The position numbers were made by a program, and so were the translations under genes. A DNA stretch of 53,148 bases, taken from positions 1-53,148 of the forward strand of contig JBASZP010000348.1 of NCBI GenBank assembly GCA_049660965.1, in the 5' to 3' direction. Below, one piece after another: positions 38,437 to 48,364 of the stretch. The notes below the pieces were generated by a model. That model worked only from the letters and a program-made list of their open reading frames with translations. It was not told the origin of the DNA and made no database searches. Source of the DNA: Daejeonella sp. GTDB taxonomy: Bacteria > Bacteroidota > Bacteroidia > Sphingobacteriales > Sphingobacteriaceae. The stretch's first letter is position 1. The number at the start of each line of letters is the position of its first letter.

Positions 38437-38943
38437 ATGAATTTAACAGAAGCAAAACAAAAGTTTATTGAAGCATGGGGGAAGTTAGGATCAGAATGGG
38501 GAATTAACCGTACCATGGCTCAGGTTCATGCTTTGTTATTAATATCTCCACAAGCATTAACAACAGAAGAAATTATGGAGGAATTGAGCATATCAAGGGG
38601 AAATGCTAATATGAATTTAAGAGATTTGATAGGTTGGGGATTAATTGAAAAAGAACACAAGGCCGGTGAGCGTAAAGAATATTTTTATGCAGATAAAAAT
38701 ACATGGAATATTGCAAGACAAGTAGCCAAAGAAAGAAAAAAACGTGAATTAGAACCTATAATTAAAGTGTTAAATGAACTGTCTGCAGTTGAAGGCGATA
38801 ATAAAAATCCAGAGTTTAAAACTTTCAAAACTACAATAACTGATATAAAAAAACTGGCTAATAATGTCGATAAAACCTTGGAAACTATGCTAAAAACAGA
38901 AGAAAGCTGGTTCTGGGGATCAATTTTTAAATTATTTAAATAA
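38437..38943 (+). CDS. GbsR/MarR family transcriptional regulator
   Basis: WGINRTMAQVHALL, ISRGNANM and GERKEYF motifs. Confidence 0.9.
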   Translation: MNLTEAKQKFIEAWGKLGSEWGINRTMAQVHALLLISPQALTTEEIMEELSISRGNANMNLRDLIGWGLIEKEHKAGERKEYFYADKNTWNIARQVAKERKKRELEPIIKVLNELSAVEGDNKNPEFKTFKTTITDIKKLANNVDKTLETMLKTEESWFWGSIFKLFK

Positions 38944-38961
38944 ATATTTTTTTATCATTAA

Positions 38962-38981
38962 CTTTCAAATTATACTGAAAA
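38962..38981. promoter_or_regulatory. Palindromic operator 2 (TTTCA-N8-TGAAA)
   Basis: CTTTCAAATTATACTGAAAA between the regulator and the downstream operon. Confidence 0.65.
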
Positions 38982-39018
38982 TTCAATAAATACAAACATA
39001 AATTTAAATTACAAAATC

Positions 39019-39402
39019 ATGAATTATTCTATTTTAACGTATGCGGTTTACTTAATAGTAAGTATTGCATTAACCATTTGGGTTGCAAAAGTCTTGTTTA
39101 ATAACGGACGAATTTTCCTGGTAGATATTTTTCACGGGAATATTCCGTTTGCAGATTCTGTCAACAAACTCTTAGTAGTTGGTTTTTATTTGATCAATAT
39201 AGGATATATGAGTCTTGCATTAAAAGAAACGGATTTAATATATAATGTACAGGTTGTAGTTGAAGTTTTAAGTTATAAATTAGGGTGGATTATCCTGATA
39301 CTTGGCGGAATGCACTTTCTGAACCTGATTATTTTCTTTAAGCTAAGGAATAAAGCACAGCAACAAATTAAACATAGTGAAAGTAGTGCTAACCTGAAAT
39401 AA
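39019..39402 (+). CDS. Hypothetical membrane protein
   Basis: 3 TM helices; NG..FL and VNKLL.VGFYL.N.GY. Confidence 0.8.
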   Translation: MNYSILTYAVYLIVSIALTIWVAKVLFNNGRIFLVDIFHGNIPFADSVNKLLVVGFYLINIGYMSLALKETDLIYNVQVVVEVLSYKLGWIILILGGMHFLNLIIFFKLRNKAQQQIKHSESSANLK

Positions 39403-39428
39403 CTGGAAACAACTAAATTCATTTTAAT

Positions 39429-40250
39429 ATGAAAGCCTTAAAAAATCATACTATTCTTTACGATGCAGAATGTCCGATGTGTAGTATGTATACCAAAAAA
39501 TTTATTACAAATGGAATGCTTGAGGAAACAGGAAGGGCTTCTTACCAAAATATACCGGAAAACGTTTGCCCTATGGTTGATCGGCAAAGAGCGGCGAATG
39601 AAATTGCTTTAGTAAATAATGAAACAGGAGAAGTAAGTTATGGAATAAGTAGTTTATTTAAAGTGATTGCGAATTCTTTTCCTGTTTTCAAACCCTTATT
39701 CCTATTTAAACCATTTATTTTTTTAATGACCAAAATCTATGCGTTTATTGCTTATAATCGTCGTGTAATTATCCCATCAAAATCAAAAATGGATTTTGAA
39801 ATTCAGCCAACTTTCCGCTTAGATTACAGAATTGCCTATCTTACTTTTACATGGTTTGTAACTGCTTTTATACTTTCTGCTTATGCCCATCTTCTCATCG
39901 GAGTTTTACCTGCTGGAAATAATTACAGGGAATATCTGATCTGTGGAGGGCAAATTGTGTTTCAGGGAATTATTGTAACTATATTATCAGCAAATAAGCG
40001 GTGGGATTATTTGGGCAATATGATGACCATCTCATTTGCAGGTGCCCTCATTCTTTTAATTCCATTATTCATATCAATAATATTCGATATTCCTCCTGTA
40101 CTATCTGCTTTATATTTCATGGCTGTGGCAGGCCTAATGTTTCTTGAACATATTCGCAGAACAAAATTATTAGATTTAGGATGGGTTTTAACCATAACAT
40201 GGGTTATTTACCGGATGATTGTTCTTTTATTAATTCTAAAATTCAATTGA
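39429..40250 (+). CDS. DCC1-like thiol-disulfide oxidoreductase with C-terminal membrane domain
   Basis: YDAECPMC (DxxCxxC) and Y.FIAYNR motifs. Confidence 0.85.
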   Translation: MKALKNHTILYDAECPMCSMYTKKFITNGMLEETGRASYQNIPENVCPMVDRQRAANEIALVNNETGEVSYGISSLFKVIANSFPVFKPLFLFKPFIFLMTKIYAFIAYNRRVIIPSKSKMDFEIQPTFRLDYRIAYLTFTWFVTAFILSAYAHLLIGVLPAGNNYREYLICGGQIVFQGIIVTILSANKRWDYLGNMMTISFAGALILLIPLFISIIFDIPPVLSALYFMAVAGLMFLEHIRRTKLLDLGWVLTITWVIYRMIVLLLILKFN

Positions 40251-40251
40251 A

Positions 40252-41194
40252 ATGACATATAGAAAAATTATACTGGCAGGTGGCAATGGTTATATTGGAA
40301 CTGTTCTTGTAAATTATTATAAAAATCTGGCAGAAGAAGTAATCATATTAAGCCGAAAATTTCAACCGGATAAAGGAAATGTTAAAACAATACTATGGGA
40401 TGCTAAGCATCAAGGCAGCTGGATACAATCTCTTGAAAATGCTGATCTTTTAGTGAACCTGTGCGGCAAAAGTGTAAACTGCCGTTACACCAGGAAAAAC
40501 CGGGAAGAAATAATTTCATCCAGAATTATTCCAACAACACTTATTGGGAAAGTAATTAAAGGGCTAACTAATCCGCCAAAACTTTGGATAAATGTTACAT
40601 CAGCAACCATATACAGGCATGCTGAAGATCATCCACAGGATGAAGAAACAGGTGAAATTGGGCAGGGATTTTCTATTGATGTCTGCCAAAAATGGGAAAA
40701 TGCATTTTGGGAAACCGAAACAATCAATACTCGGAAAATTGCCTTGCGGATGGGAATAGTATTGGGGAGAAATGGTGGCGCTTTTCCAAGTTTGCTTAAT
40801 TTGGTGAAATTCGGGCTTGGAGGTAAACAAGGTAATGGACAACAATATGTTTCATGGACTCATGAACAGGATGTTGCCAAATGTACAGAATGGTTGATGC
40901 AGCATGAAGAACTGAGCGGGGTAATCAATTGCACTGCACCGGAAGCTATTAAGAACAGTTTATTTATGTAAGAACAGTTTATTTATGAAAATTATCCGGA
41001 AGACGTATGGTTTTTCTTTTGGCTTACCTTCCCCCGAATGGTTATTGGGAATTGGAGCTGTACTAATTGGAACAGAAACAGAGTTGATCCTAAAAAGCAG
41101 ATGGGTGGCTCCAAAACGTTTACTAGACTCCGGTTATTCTTTCTTATTTTCTAAAGCAGAAAATGCAGTAAAGGATATTTTAAGTAAAAAATAG
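40252..41194 (+). pseudogene. TIGR01777 family NAD-dependent epimerase, broken by a 19-bp tandem duplication
   Basis: GGNGYIG and GNGQQYVSW motifs; TAAGAACAGTTTATTTATG duplicated at 40950-40987; C-terminal part in ORF 40985-41194. Confidence 0.9.
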
Positions 41195-41269
41195 GTTTTC
41201 TTTAACCCAACACTACTGATAAATAAATCCAATTAGTTTAAAATATATGATTTGCAAGAAAAGGGTTCA

Positions 41270-41740
41270 ATGCCTCTAATAAAACTGGAAACATGTATAA
41301 ATGCTCCGGCTTCTGTTTGCTTTGATCTTTCGAGGGATATTAATATGCACATAAATTCTATGGCAGGTACAAAAGAAGTCGCTATTGCGGGGATTACAAA
41401 AGGTTTAATTAATTTAAATGAAACCGTTACCTGGAAAGCAAAACATTTAGGAATAGTGATGAAAATGACCATAAAGATTACCGAAATGAAATTCCCATTA
41501 TCATTTACTGATGAAATGGTTACCGGACCATTTAAACGACTAAAACATCAGCATAAATTTATATCTAAAAAAGATTCTACATTAATGATAGATGAGTTTC
41601 AATTTGAATCTCCTTTAGGTATTTTAGGTAAAGTTGCTAACAGATTATTTCTTAAAAAATATATGGTGCATCTTCTAAAACATAGAAATACTGCCATAAA
41701 ACAAGCGGCAGAAACATTATATATAAAAGCGGGATTATAA
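41270..41740 (+). CDS. SRPBCC family protein
   Basis: FDLSR.I..H, VTWKAKHLG and FTDEMVTGPFK...HQH motifs. Confidence 0.88.
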   Translation: MPLIKLETCINAPASVCFDLSRDINMHINSMAGTKEVAIAGITKGLINLNETVTWKAKHLGIVMKMTIKITEMKFPLSFTDEMVTGPFKRLKHQHKFISKKDSTLMIDEFQFESPLGILGKVANRLFLKKYMVHLLKHRNTAIKQAAETLYIKAGL

Positions 41741-41775
41741 AGAATGGAATTGCATAAATATAGATCTAAAAGAAG

Positions 41776-42444
41776 TTACTTTCCTGTTTCCCATATTGGT
41801 GCATCTACCGGCTTTGATTCAGGAGAGCCTTTTTGGCGGAGATAAATGGACAGGATAACAATTGAAGCAACTGATAAAAATTCACTCTGCCAGTTTTGGA
41901 AAGATTCAAACCATAATCTCGAACTAAACAAATACTCAGATAATGTTACTTCCGGTTTATTCTTAATACGCTGTTCAATATTATGATCTTTACAACTTCC
42001 CATAGCATGTAAAGCGAAACTTATCAGAAAAAGGAGTAAGAATACAAATGATAAAGAATTTTTATAAATTTTTAATATCCATCCTCCTTTTCTTACAGGC
42101 CATGGAGCAGCTTTATGCGGTTTTGGCTCACGGTCAACCTTCTCTTCTTCATCTAATTTTTTCGATTCGGCTGAACCAATTTGCCGTAAGCTGACGGTTA
42201 AAAAGACATACATACACATTTGCAGGAATTCACTTTCCCAGTTTTCAAAAGTTGCCTGAATAAAGTGCCCGCTTCTTAAATAAGTTGATAAATCAATTTG
42301 CCCTGCATTCTCATCAAGCAATTCATGATTATGTTCTTTCCATCCCGTTAATGCTTGCCCAATTAAAAAAATGAAGAACAGACCTAAGAATACAATAGAT
42401 AATCCATTCCTGTATAGGAAAGATCTTTTTGCTTGATTTTTCAT
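41776..42444 (-). CDS. DUF6766 family membrane protein
   Basis: Duplicated FENWESEFL..LRQ.GS.ESK motif; start MKNQAK chosen. Confidence 0.82.
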   Translation of the reverse strand: MKNQAKRSFLYRNGLSIVFLGLFFIFLIGQALTGWKEHNHELLDENAGQIDLSTYLRSGHFIQATFENWESEFLQMCMYVFLTVSLRQIGSAESKKLDEEEKVDREPKPHKAAPWPVRKGGWILKIYKNSLSFVFLLLFLISFALHAMGSCKDHNIEQRIKNKPEVTLSEYLFSSRLWFESFQNWQSEFLSVASIVILSIYLRQKGSPESKPVDAPIWETGK

Positions 42445-42582
42445 GCTTCTTTTTATTTTATAAGTACGGCTCGCTTTCGTATCATGAAGATACTCATGTC
42501 TTCCCATATTAAACGATTTTTGATTTGTATACTATGTATTATAGTGAACAAATTAAAAACTATATAAAGGATTCAGACCTGC

Positions 42583-43197
42583 TTATAATTTCATTTCTAT
42601 CGTTTTTACTGCATTACCACGTTCAAGTGAATTATGTTCCTGCCATTGATCTTGTTGTTGAATAATGAGTTGTTGGGTTTGCCAGGCTAAAACCTTTGCT
42701 TCCAGTCTTTGTAAACAGAGTTTTTTATTTTGCAGCTGCGAACGGGTATCCATTACCATTATTCGTATACCTGAAGTAACGTGAATACCCCGAACAGCAG
42801 TTTCTACTTTATTCACATTCTGCCCTCCGGGACCGGAAGAACGGTAGGTTTCAAAAATAACGTCTTTAGAATTCCACTGCATTTGCTCTTTAACATCAAA
42901 AATCTCTACGGCTACAAACCAGTTTTTGCGTTTATGGAATTTGCGGTAATGGCTTTGGGCAATCCACTGGATGGTACCTCTCCATTCTTTAATAAAAGAA
43001 GCTAAATCACGTCCTTCGGCCATAAGGGTAGCGGAAAGCAAAGTGCCGTTTATACTTCCCTTTTTATTTTCCAGAACTTTCAATTCAATATATTCTTTAT
43101 CGGCCTGCTTTAGCATGATCTCCTGCACTCTGGTCACCACGCGGCAACATTCAGCGGGGCCTCTGCCGGAAGTTATCTGTATAATTATTTTGTCCAT
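42583..43197 (-). CDS. prfH: Peptide chain release factor H
   Basis: QITSGRGPAEC, HKRKNWF and GPGGQNVNK motifs; adjacent to rtcB. Confidence 0.93.
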   Translation of the reverse strand: MDKIIIQITSGRGPAECCRVVTRVQEIMLKQADKEYIELKVLENKKGSINGTLLSATLMAEGRDLASFIKEWRGTIQWIAQSHYRKFHKRKNWFVAVEIFDVKEQMQWNSKDVIFETYRSSGPGGQNVNKVETAVRGIHVTSGIRIMVMDTRSQLQNKKLCLQRLEAKVLAWQTQQLIIQQQDQWQEHNSLERGNAVKTIEMKL

Positions 43198-43202
43198 ATT
43201 GT

Positions 43203-44603
43203 TTACTCTTTATTCATTCTTACAATTTTGGGCAAAAACTTACCCTGTATTTCAATGAGTTCTGTTTGTGCTGCAATCACCTTCTCCACGTCTTTATATG
43301 CTAATGGGTTTTCTTCCAGGCTTCCGCCAATAAGCGTTACACCTGCGGCCGATAGTATTTTTTTCATAGTGGAGCTGGTCATGCTTTCTTTAGCATCATG
43401 GCGACTCATTGCTCTTCCGGCGCCATGCGAAGCTGAGTAGAGGGCATTTTCTACCCCCTTACCCATAACCAGGTAGGCGGGCGTTGCCATACTTCCAGGA
43501 ATTATACCCAGCTCACCGGAATGTGCGGGGGTTGCTCCTTTACGATGGATGATCACTTCTTTTCCATTAGCCAGTGTATCTTTCCAGGCGAAATTATAAT
43601 GGTTTTCTACCTTTTTTAATGCCTTTAAGCCCAGCGCTTTTAACAAATTAATATGAATGCGGTCATGACATGCTTTTGCGTAATCACCGGCCAAATTCAT
43701 ACTCATCCAGTATTCCTGCCCCTCTGCGCTGTTCATATCAAGCCAGGCTAATTGTTGCGCTTCTCTTGGAAGTTTACAGGTATTCATGGCCAGTTGCGTG
43801 TAAAAGCGGGCAATGTTAGTGCCCAGGCCACGACTACCGGAATGCGATAATAAAGCGAGATATTTTTTAGCGGGAAGCCCTAAGGCATTATTCTCAACTA
43901 ATTCAATTTCGCCAAACTCCACAAAATGGTTTCCGCTTCCAGATGAACCTAATTGCCGGACTGCTTTCTGATGTAGTTTTTTTAATAATTCAGTTTCTTT
44001 AAAAACAGCGCTGTCTAAAACCTCATGTTCCTGATCAAACTCTAATCCTCCTTCCATCCCGAAATGGGTATGGGTATTTAAAGCTTGTTGAACCTGGTAG
44101 GCATATCGTTTTAAATAGGCCTCGCCTTCATCTATCACAGATAAAGCCATCCGGCAGCCAATATCCATACCTACTCCATAGGGAATAACCGCATTATCCG
44201 TAGCTAATACGCCGCCAATTGGTAATCCATAGCCCATGTGTGCATCGGGCATTAAGGCGCCCTGTACACTTACAGGTAAAGACATGGCCAGTTTCATTTG
44301 TCTTTTTGCCGAAGCTTCAATTACTTCGCTACCATAGGTTTTTAATATGGCGGATTCTTCCAGTAAGGAGAACGTTTTTAGAGGATGCTCTTTCGTATCT
44401 CCTAAGAATATCCCTGCTATTTTTCCGGTTATTTCATCATTTACATATTCTTCAGGATTATTCCTGATGTTAAGCAGCAATTCCATTATCTCGGCTTTGC
44501 TTTGATACTTAAAATGTTTGGATACTATATTAATGACCAGACTTCGTGCCTGATCATTGGTATAGCCAATTTTAGTTAATTCTTTTGTTTTTAAACTGCT
44601 CAT
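43203..44603 (-). CDS. rtcB: RtcB family RNA ligase (prfH-associated)
   Basis: PDAH.G, DIGC, GNHF, HSGSRG, HRKGA and SHGAGR motifs. Confidence 0.93.
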   Translation of the reverse strand: MSSLKTKELTKIGYTNDQARSLVINIVSKHFKYQSKAEIMELLLNIRNNPEEYVNDEITGKIAGIFLGDTKEHPLKTFSLLEESAILKTYGSEVIEASAKRQMKLAMSLPVSVQGALMPDAHMGYGLPIGGVLATDNAVIPYGVGMDIGCRMALSVIDEGEAYLKRYAYQVQQALNTHTHFGMEGGLEFDQEHEVLDSAVFKETELLKKLHQKAVRQLGSSGSGNHFVEFGEIELVENNALGLPAKKYLALLSHSGSRGLGTNIARFYTQLAMNTCKLPREAQQLAWLDMNSAEGQEYWMSMNLAGDYAKACHDRIHINLLKALGLKALKKVENHYNFAWKDTLANGKEVIIHRKGATPAHSGELGIIPGSMATPAYLVMGKGVENALYSASHGAGRAMSRHDAKESMTSSTMKKILSAAGVTLIGGSLEENPLAYKDVEKVIAAQTELIEIQGKFLPKIVRMNKE

Positions 44604-44614
44604 CAATATCTTAA

Positions 44615-45340
44615 TTAGTCCAGGTATCCCTCTTTTGTGAAATACCGGGTTGTATTTTTTAATTCGTTAAACTGCTTTTTATTCTTAAAATCCCAATCGA
44701 ACCATCGATAATAACTCCTTCCTTTGGTTAACTGCTCAATTTTTGGCCTTAAATGATTTCTCTCCAGATAATTTTCAAGGGCTTTGATCTCTTGTTCCAG
44801 TACTTCATCCATCATTTTTACTTCATAAATAATATGAGGTTTTACAACAAGTGTAAACCGCCAGGCTTCTCTGCAAGCGTAGGTTAAAGTCATTTTTTTT
44901 GAAGTATTACACCAGGATTCTTTGACGTAAAAACAGGCCCTTTCTGCTTCCGAAAGATCTAATTTTGGATGATTCCACCCATATTCATCAAATTCACGAA
45001 GTGTTTGCATTTTTCTTTCATAAACATTTCTTCTTTTCCGTTTCTTTTTCCTTTTAAAGGTTTTGTCATGATTATACTCAACAGTATTTATTTTATCTAA
45101 AAGATCTTGATAAAACTCCGCAGCAGGGCTTCGTTTTACATCATCTCTAAGTACAAAAAAGCGTTTCCATCCTTTCTGATAAGGTTGTTCTAAAGGAATC
45201 ATGGGTAAAGAATCTTTCTTTTCCCATAATACATGTTCTAATTTATCGAATTGGATTAATTGCTTATCAAAGTCCTTCTTTTGAAGTCGTTTTTTTCTTC
45301 TGGCCGATTTTAATCTGAAAGGCCATTTTTGTATGTCCAT
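44615..45340 (-). CDS. Basic hypothetical protein, first gene of the rtcB-prfH operon
   Basis: 241 aa, K/R-rich, PYQKGWKRFFVLRDDV; 11 nt from rtcB. Confidence 0.82.
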   Translation of the reverse strand: MDIQKWPFRLKSARRKKRLQKKDFDKQLIQFDKLEHVLWEKKDSLPMIPLEQPYQKGWKRFFVLRDDVKRSPAAEFYQDLLDKINTVEYNHDKTFKRKKKRKRRNVYERKMQTLREFDEYGWNHPKLDLSEAERACFYVKESWCNTSKKMTLTYACREAWRFTLVVKPHIIYEVKMMDEVLEQEIKALENYLERNHLRPKIEQLTKGRSYYRWFDWDFKNKKQFNELKNTTRYFTKEGYLD

Positions 45341-45524
45341 AGGACTCTTTTCTCATTAAAATTTTTGATTTTATATAGTTTTCAAAAATTCATCCTAAGT
45401 AAGGATATACCCTTTCCTGAAGGTCAGAAAAATCTGGCAATAAAAATTGCAAACGAAATATGCCGTTTAAAGCAAATGGAATTTTAATCTAAGAAAATCA
45501 GAGAAATAAACGAACGTCTGCTAT

Positions 45525-45569
45525 TTATGCAGTGAGCGAAAGGGGCGATATGTTGATATATTCAGTCAT
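45525..45569 (-). other. Candidate leader peptide MTEYINISPLSLTA
   Basis: ATG ~40 nt downstream of consensus -7 TATATTTG (45611-45618), within a long 5' leader. Confidence 0.5.
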
Positions 45570-45656
45570 TATTCCCTGTTATTAATGGTTAATAGTTGAG
45601 GAATTGCTTGCAAATATATAAAAGAATATTAATAATGCAGTGGGTTTTGATTAATA

Positions 45657-46292
45657 TCAACCTGGTTTTCTTAAATATAAAAAGCTATTAATATATAAAC
45701 AGATTATCCCCAATAAAAAACCACCTAAAACATCAGTAAACCAGTGTGCACCCATATATACCCGTGAAATAGGTATGGTAAAAATGAGAAATAAACAACT
45801 GGTTGCAACCGAAAGTCTCAACCATTTCGGAATGGATTTTAACTGGTACATTAAGATTACCAGAAACCCGAAAAAGATGACATAAAAAAGCACATGCCCG
45901 CTTGGGAAACTTTGATATTTTGTTTTTTCGATAATTCGTACTACAGATTCAGATGGCCGGGGTCTGTTCACAGCAAGTTTGGTAAGCCAGCTAACTAATC
46001 CGGAAATCAGGGTTAAGAGTACATATAGTGATTCTTTCTTATACTTAAATAAATAGAAAATAACTGCTGTTAAAATTACCATAATTAAGGAGTAAGGCAT
46101 ATAACCAAACGAGCTCACAACCTTCATCAAAGCATCAAGAACAGGGTGTTGATATTCCTGTACTTCTTCGGAAAATTCCCTGTCAATAAATGAGGCGGGA
46201 AAAAGGCAAACCAGTATAGTAAGCACTATGAAACCGAGTGTAATAAGTCCGAGCACATAAAGCATTATTCGTTTTCTTCGCTTATACATCAT
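45657..46292 (-). CDS. PAP2 family membrane phosphatase
   Basis: NRPRP, FPSGH and SRVYMGAHWFTDV motifs. Confidence 0.92.
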   Translation of the reverse strand: MMYKRRKRIMLYVLGLITLGFIVLTILVCLFPASFIDREFSEEVQEYQHPVLDALMKVVSSFGYMPYSLIMVILTAVIFYLFKYKKESLYVLLTLISGLVSWLTKLAVNRPRPSESVVRIIEKTKYQSFPSGHVLFYVIFFGFLVILMYQLKSIPKWLRLSVATSCLFLIFTIPISRVYMGAHWFTDVLGGFLLGIICLYINSFLYLRKPG

Positions 46293-46494
46293 GATGTTTT
46301 ATTTAAATTTATAACTTTCTGAAAATGATTTGGTTTTGCAAAATACTCAGTAAGGCCGCAAAGTTACCAGAAAGCCGGTAATTGGCGCAATAGAAGACAG
46401 TGATGTAGCTAAATATATTTCAGAGTTATAAATATGATGTGAGAAAAATTCGATTTGGTGTAAAAAGAAATTTACTTGTTATATATATTTGAGG

Positions 46495-47169
46495 ATGTTA
46501 AGAAAAGAAAGATATCAGGCTTTTGTAGATTATTTTTCAGTTCATCAACCCAATGCAGAAACTGAACTTCATTATAATAATCCGTATGAATTGCTTGTAG
46601 CTGTAATTCTTTCTGCCCAATGTACAGATAAACGGATTAACCAGGTTACACCCAAACTATTTGAGCGTTATCCGGATCCTTTCAGCTTATCAAAATCAAC
46701 TCCCGAAGAAGTTTTTAGTTATATCCGGAGTGTAAGTTATCCAAATAATAAATCTAAACACCTGGTTGGGATGGCAAAGAAATTGATTACTGATTTTAAC
46801 GGTGAAATTCCATTTGATGTGGATGAATTACAGAAACTACCCGGTGTGGGCCGTAAAACGGCTAATGTTATTGCATCTGTTATTTATAATGCCCCAGCTA
46901 TGGCTGTTGATACGCATGTTTTTAGGGTAGCTAACCGAATTGGATTAACAATAAATGCCAAAACACCTTTGGCTGTAGAAAAACAATTGGTAAAGTATTT
47001 ACCAGAAGATAAAATATATATAGCACATCACTGGCTTATCTTGCATGGACGGTATATTTGTGTGGCCAGAAATCCTAAATGTAATATTTGTCCGCTAACT
47101 TCCATTTGTAAATATTACGAACAAAAATGCAAGTTGGATGCTTTACAAAGAGCTATAGAGTTTAAATAA
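46495..47169 (+). CDS. nth: Endonuclease III
   Basis: LSAQCTD, HhH LPGVGRKTAN, VDTHV and 4Fe-4S C-x6-C-x2-C-x5-C. Confidence 0.96.
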   Translation: MLRKERYQAFVDYFSVHQPNAETELHYNNPYELLVAVILSAQCTDKRINQVTPKLFERYPDPFSLSKSTPEEVFSYIRSVSYPNNKSKHLVGMAKKLITDFNGEIPFDVDELQKLPGVGRKTANVIASVIYNAPAMAVDTHVFRVANRIGLTINAKTPLAVEKQLVKYLPEDKIYIAHHWLILHGRYICVARNPKCNICPLTSICKYYEQKCKLDALQRAIEFK

Positions 47170-47332
47170 AGAAAAATGTTTAATAAAATTGTTAGAGAAA
47201 AAATAAATAAACTGCGAATAATATTATTAGATTCAAAAAAATTATCAATACCTTCAACCATCTTAAAATAATATTAAAAAATGATAAAATTTTTAGTATT
47301 TTTGAATTTATATAATGAAATAAACTAAAATA

Positions 47333-48343
47333 ATGAGCAATACAGATAAATTAAAAGCTTTACAACTTACACTTGATAAACTGGAAAAATCATACGGTAA
47401 AGGAACCATCATGAAATTAGGTGATAGCCCTGTTGAAGCAATGGAGTCGATTTCCACGGGTTCAATTGGTTTAGATATTGCCTTAGGAATTGGAGGATTA
47501 CCTAAAGGCCGTGTGATAGAAATTTATGGCCCCGAATCATCCGGTAAAACAACTTTAGCTATACATGCCATTGCCGAAGCTCAGAAAAAGGGGGGAATTG
47601 CGGCATTTATAGATGCAGAACATGCGTTTGATAAATTTTATGCGAAAAAATTAGGTGTAGATGTAGAAAACCTGCTTATCTCTCAACCAGATAATGGTGA
47701 ACAGGCTTTAGAGATTGCCGATAATCTAATTCGCTCCGGAGCAATTGATATTATTGTTATTGACTCAGTTGCGGCATTGGTTCCAAGAGCAGAAATTGAA
47801 GGCGAAATGGGAGATTCGAAAATGGGATTACAGGCCCGTTTAATGTCTCAGGCGCTTCGTAAACTTACCGGTACTATTTCAAAAACAGGCGCATGTTGTA
47901 TTTTTATTAACCAGTTACGTGAAAAAATCGGGGTTATGTTTGGTAATCCAGAAACTACAACGGGTGGTAATGCCTTAAAGTTTTACGCTTCAGTACGTTT
48001 AGATATTCGCAGAATATCCCAGATTAAAGAGAGTGACGAAGTTTCCGGTAATCGTGTTAAAGTAAAAATTGTTAAAAACAAAGTCGCTCCTCCTTTCAGG
48101 GTGGCAGAATTTGATGTAATGTTTGGCGAAGGTATTTCTAAAGCGGGGGAAATAATTGATCTGGGAGTTGATTTTGAGATCATTAAAAAAGCAGGTTCAT
48201 GGTTTAGTTATGGTGATACAAAACTTGGACAGGGCAGAGATGGCGTAAAACAACTTTTATTAGATAATCCGGATTTAATGGATGAACTGGAAGAAAAGAT
48301 CAAATCTGTGGTAACCGGGGATAAATTAGAAGAAAAAGCTTAA
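47333..48343 (+). CDS. recA: Recombinase RecA
   Basis: [15 protein letters not shown] and [17 protein letters not shown]. Confidence 0.99.
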   Translation: MSNTDKLKALQLTLDKLEKSYGKGTIMKLGDSPVEAMESISTGSIGLDIALGIGGLPKGRVIEIYGPESSGKTTLAIHAIAEAQKKGGIAAFIDAEHAFDKFYAKKLGVDVENLLISQPDNGEQALEIADNLIRSGAIDIIVIDSVAALVPRAEIEGEMGDSKMGLQARLMSQALRKLTGTISKTGACCIFINQLREKIGVMFGNPETTTGGNALKFYASVRLDIRRISQIKESDEVSGNRVKVKIVKNKVAPPFRVAEFDVMFGEGISKAGEIIDLGVDFEIIKKAGSWFSYGDTKLGQGRDGVKQLLLDNPDLMDELEEKIKSVVTGDKLEEKA

Positions 48344-48364
48344 TTTCCTTTTTATAATCAGGCT

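Noticed and set aside
47170..47332. SOS box upstream of recA
   Set aside because: No convincing palindrome in this very AT-rich gap
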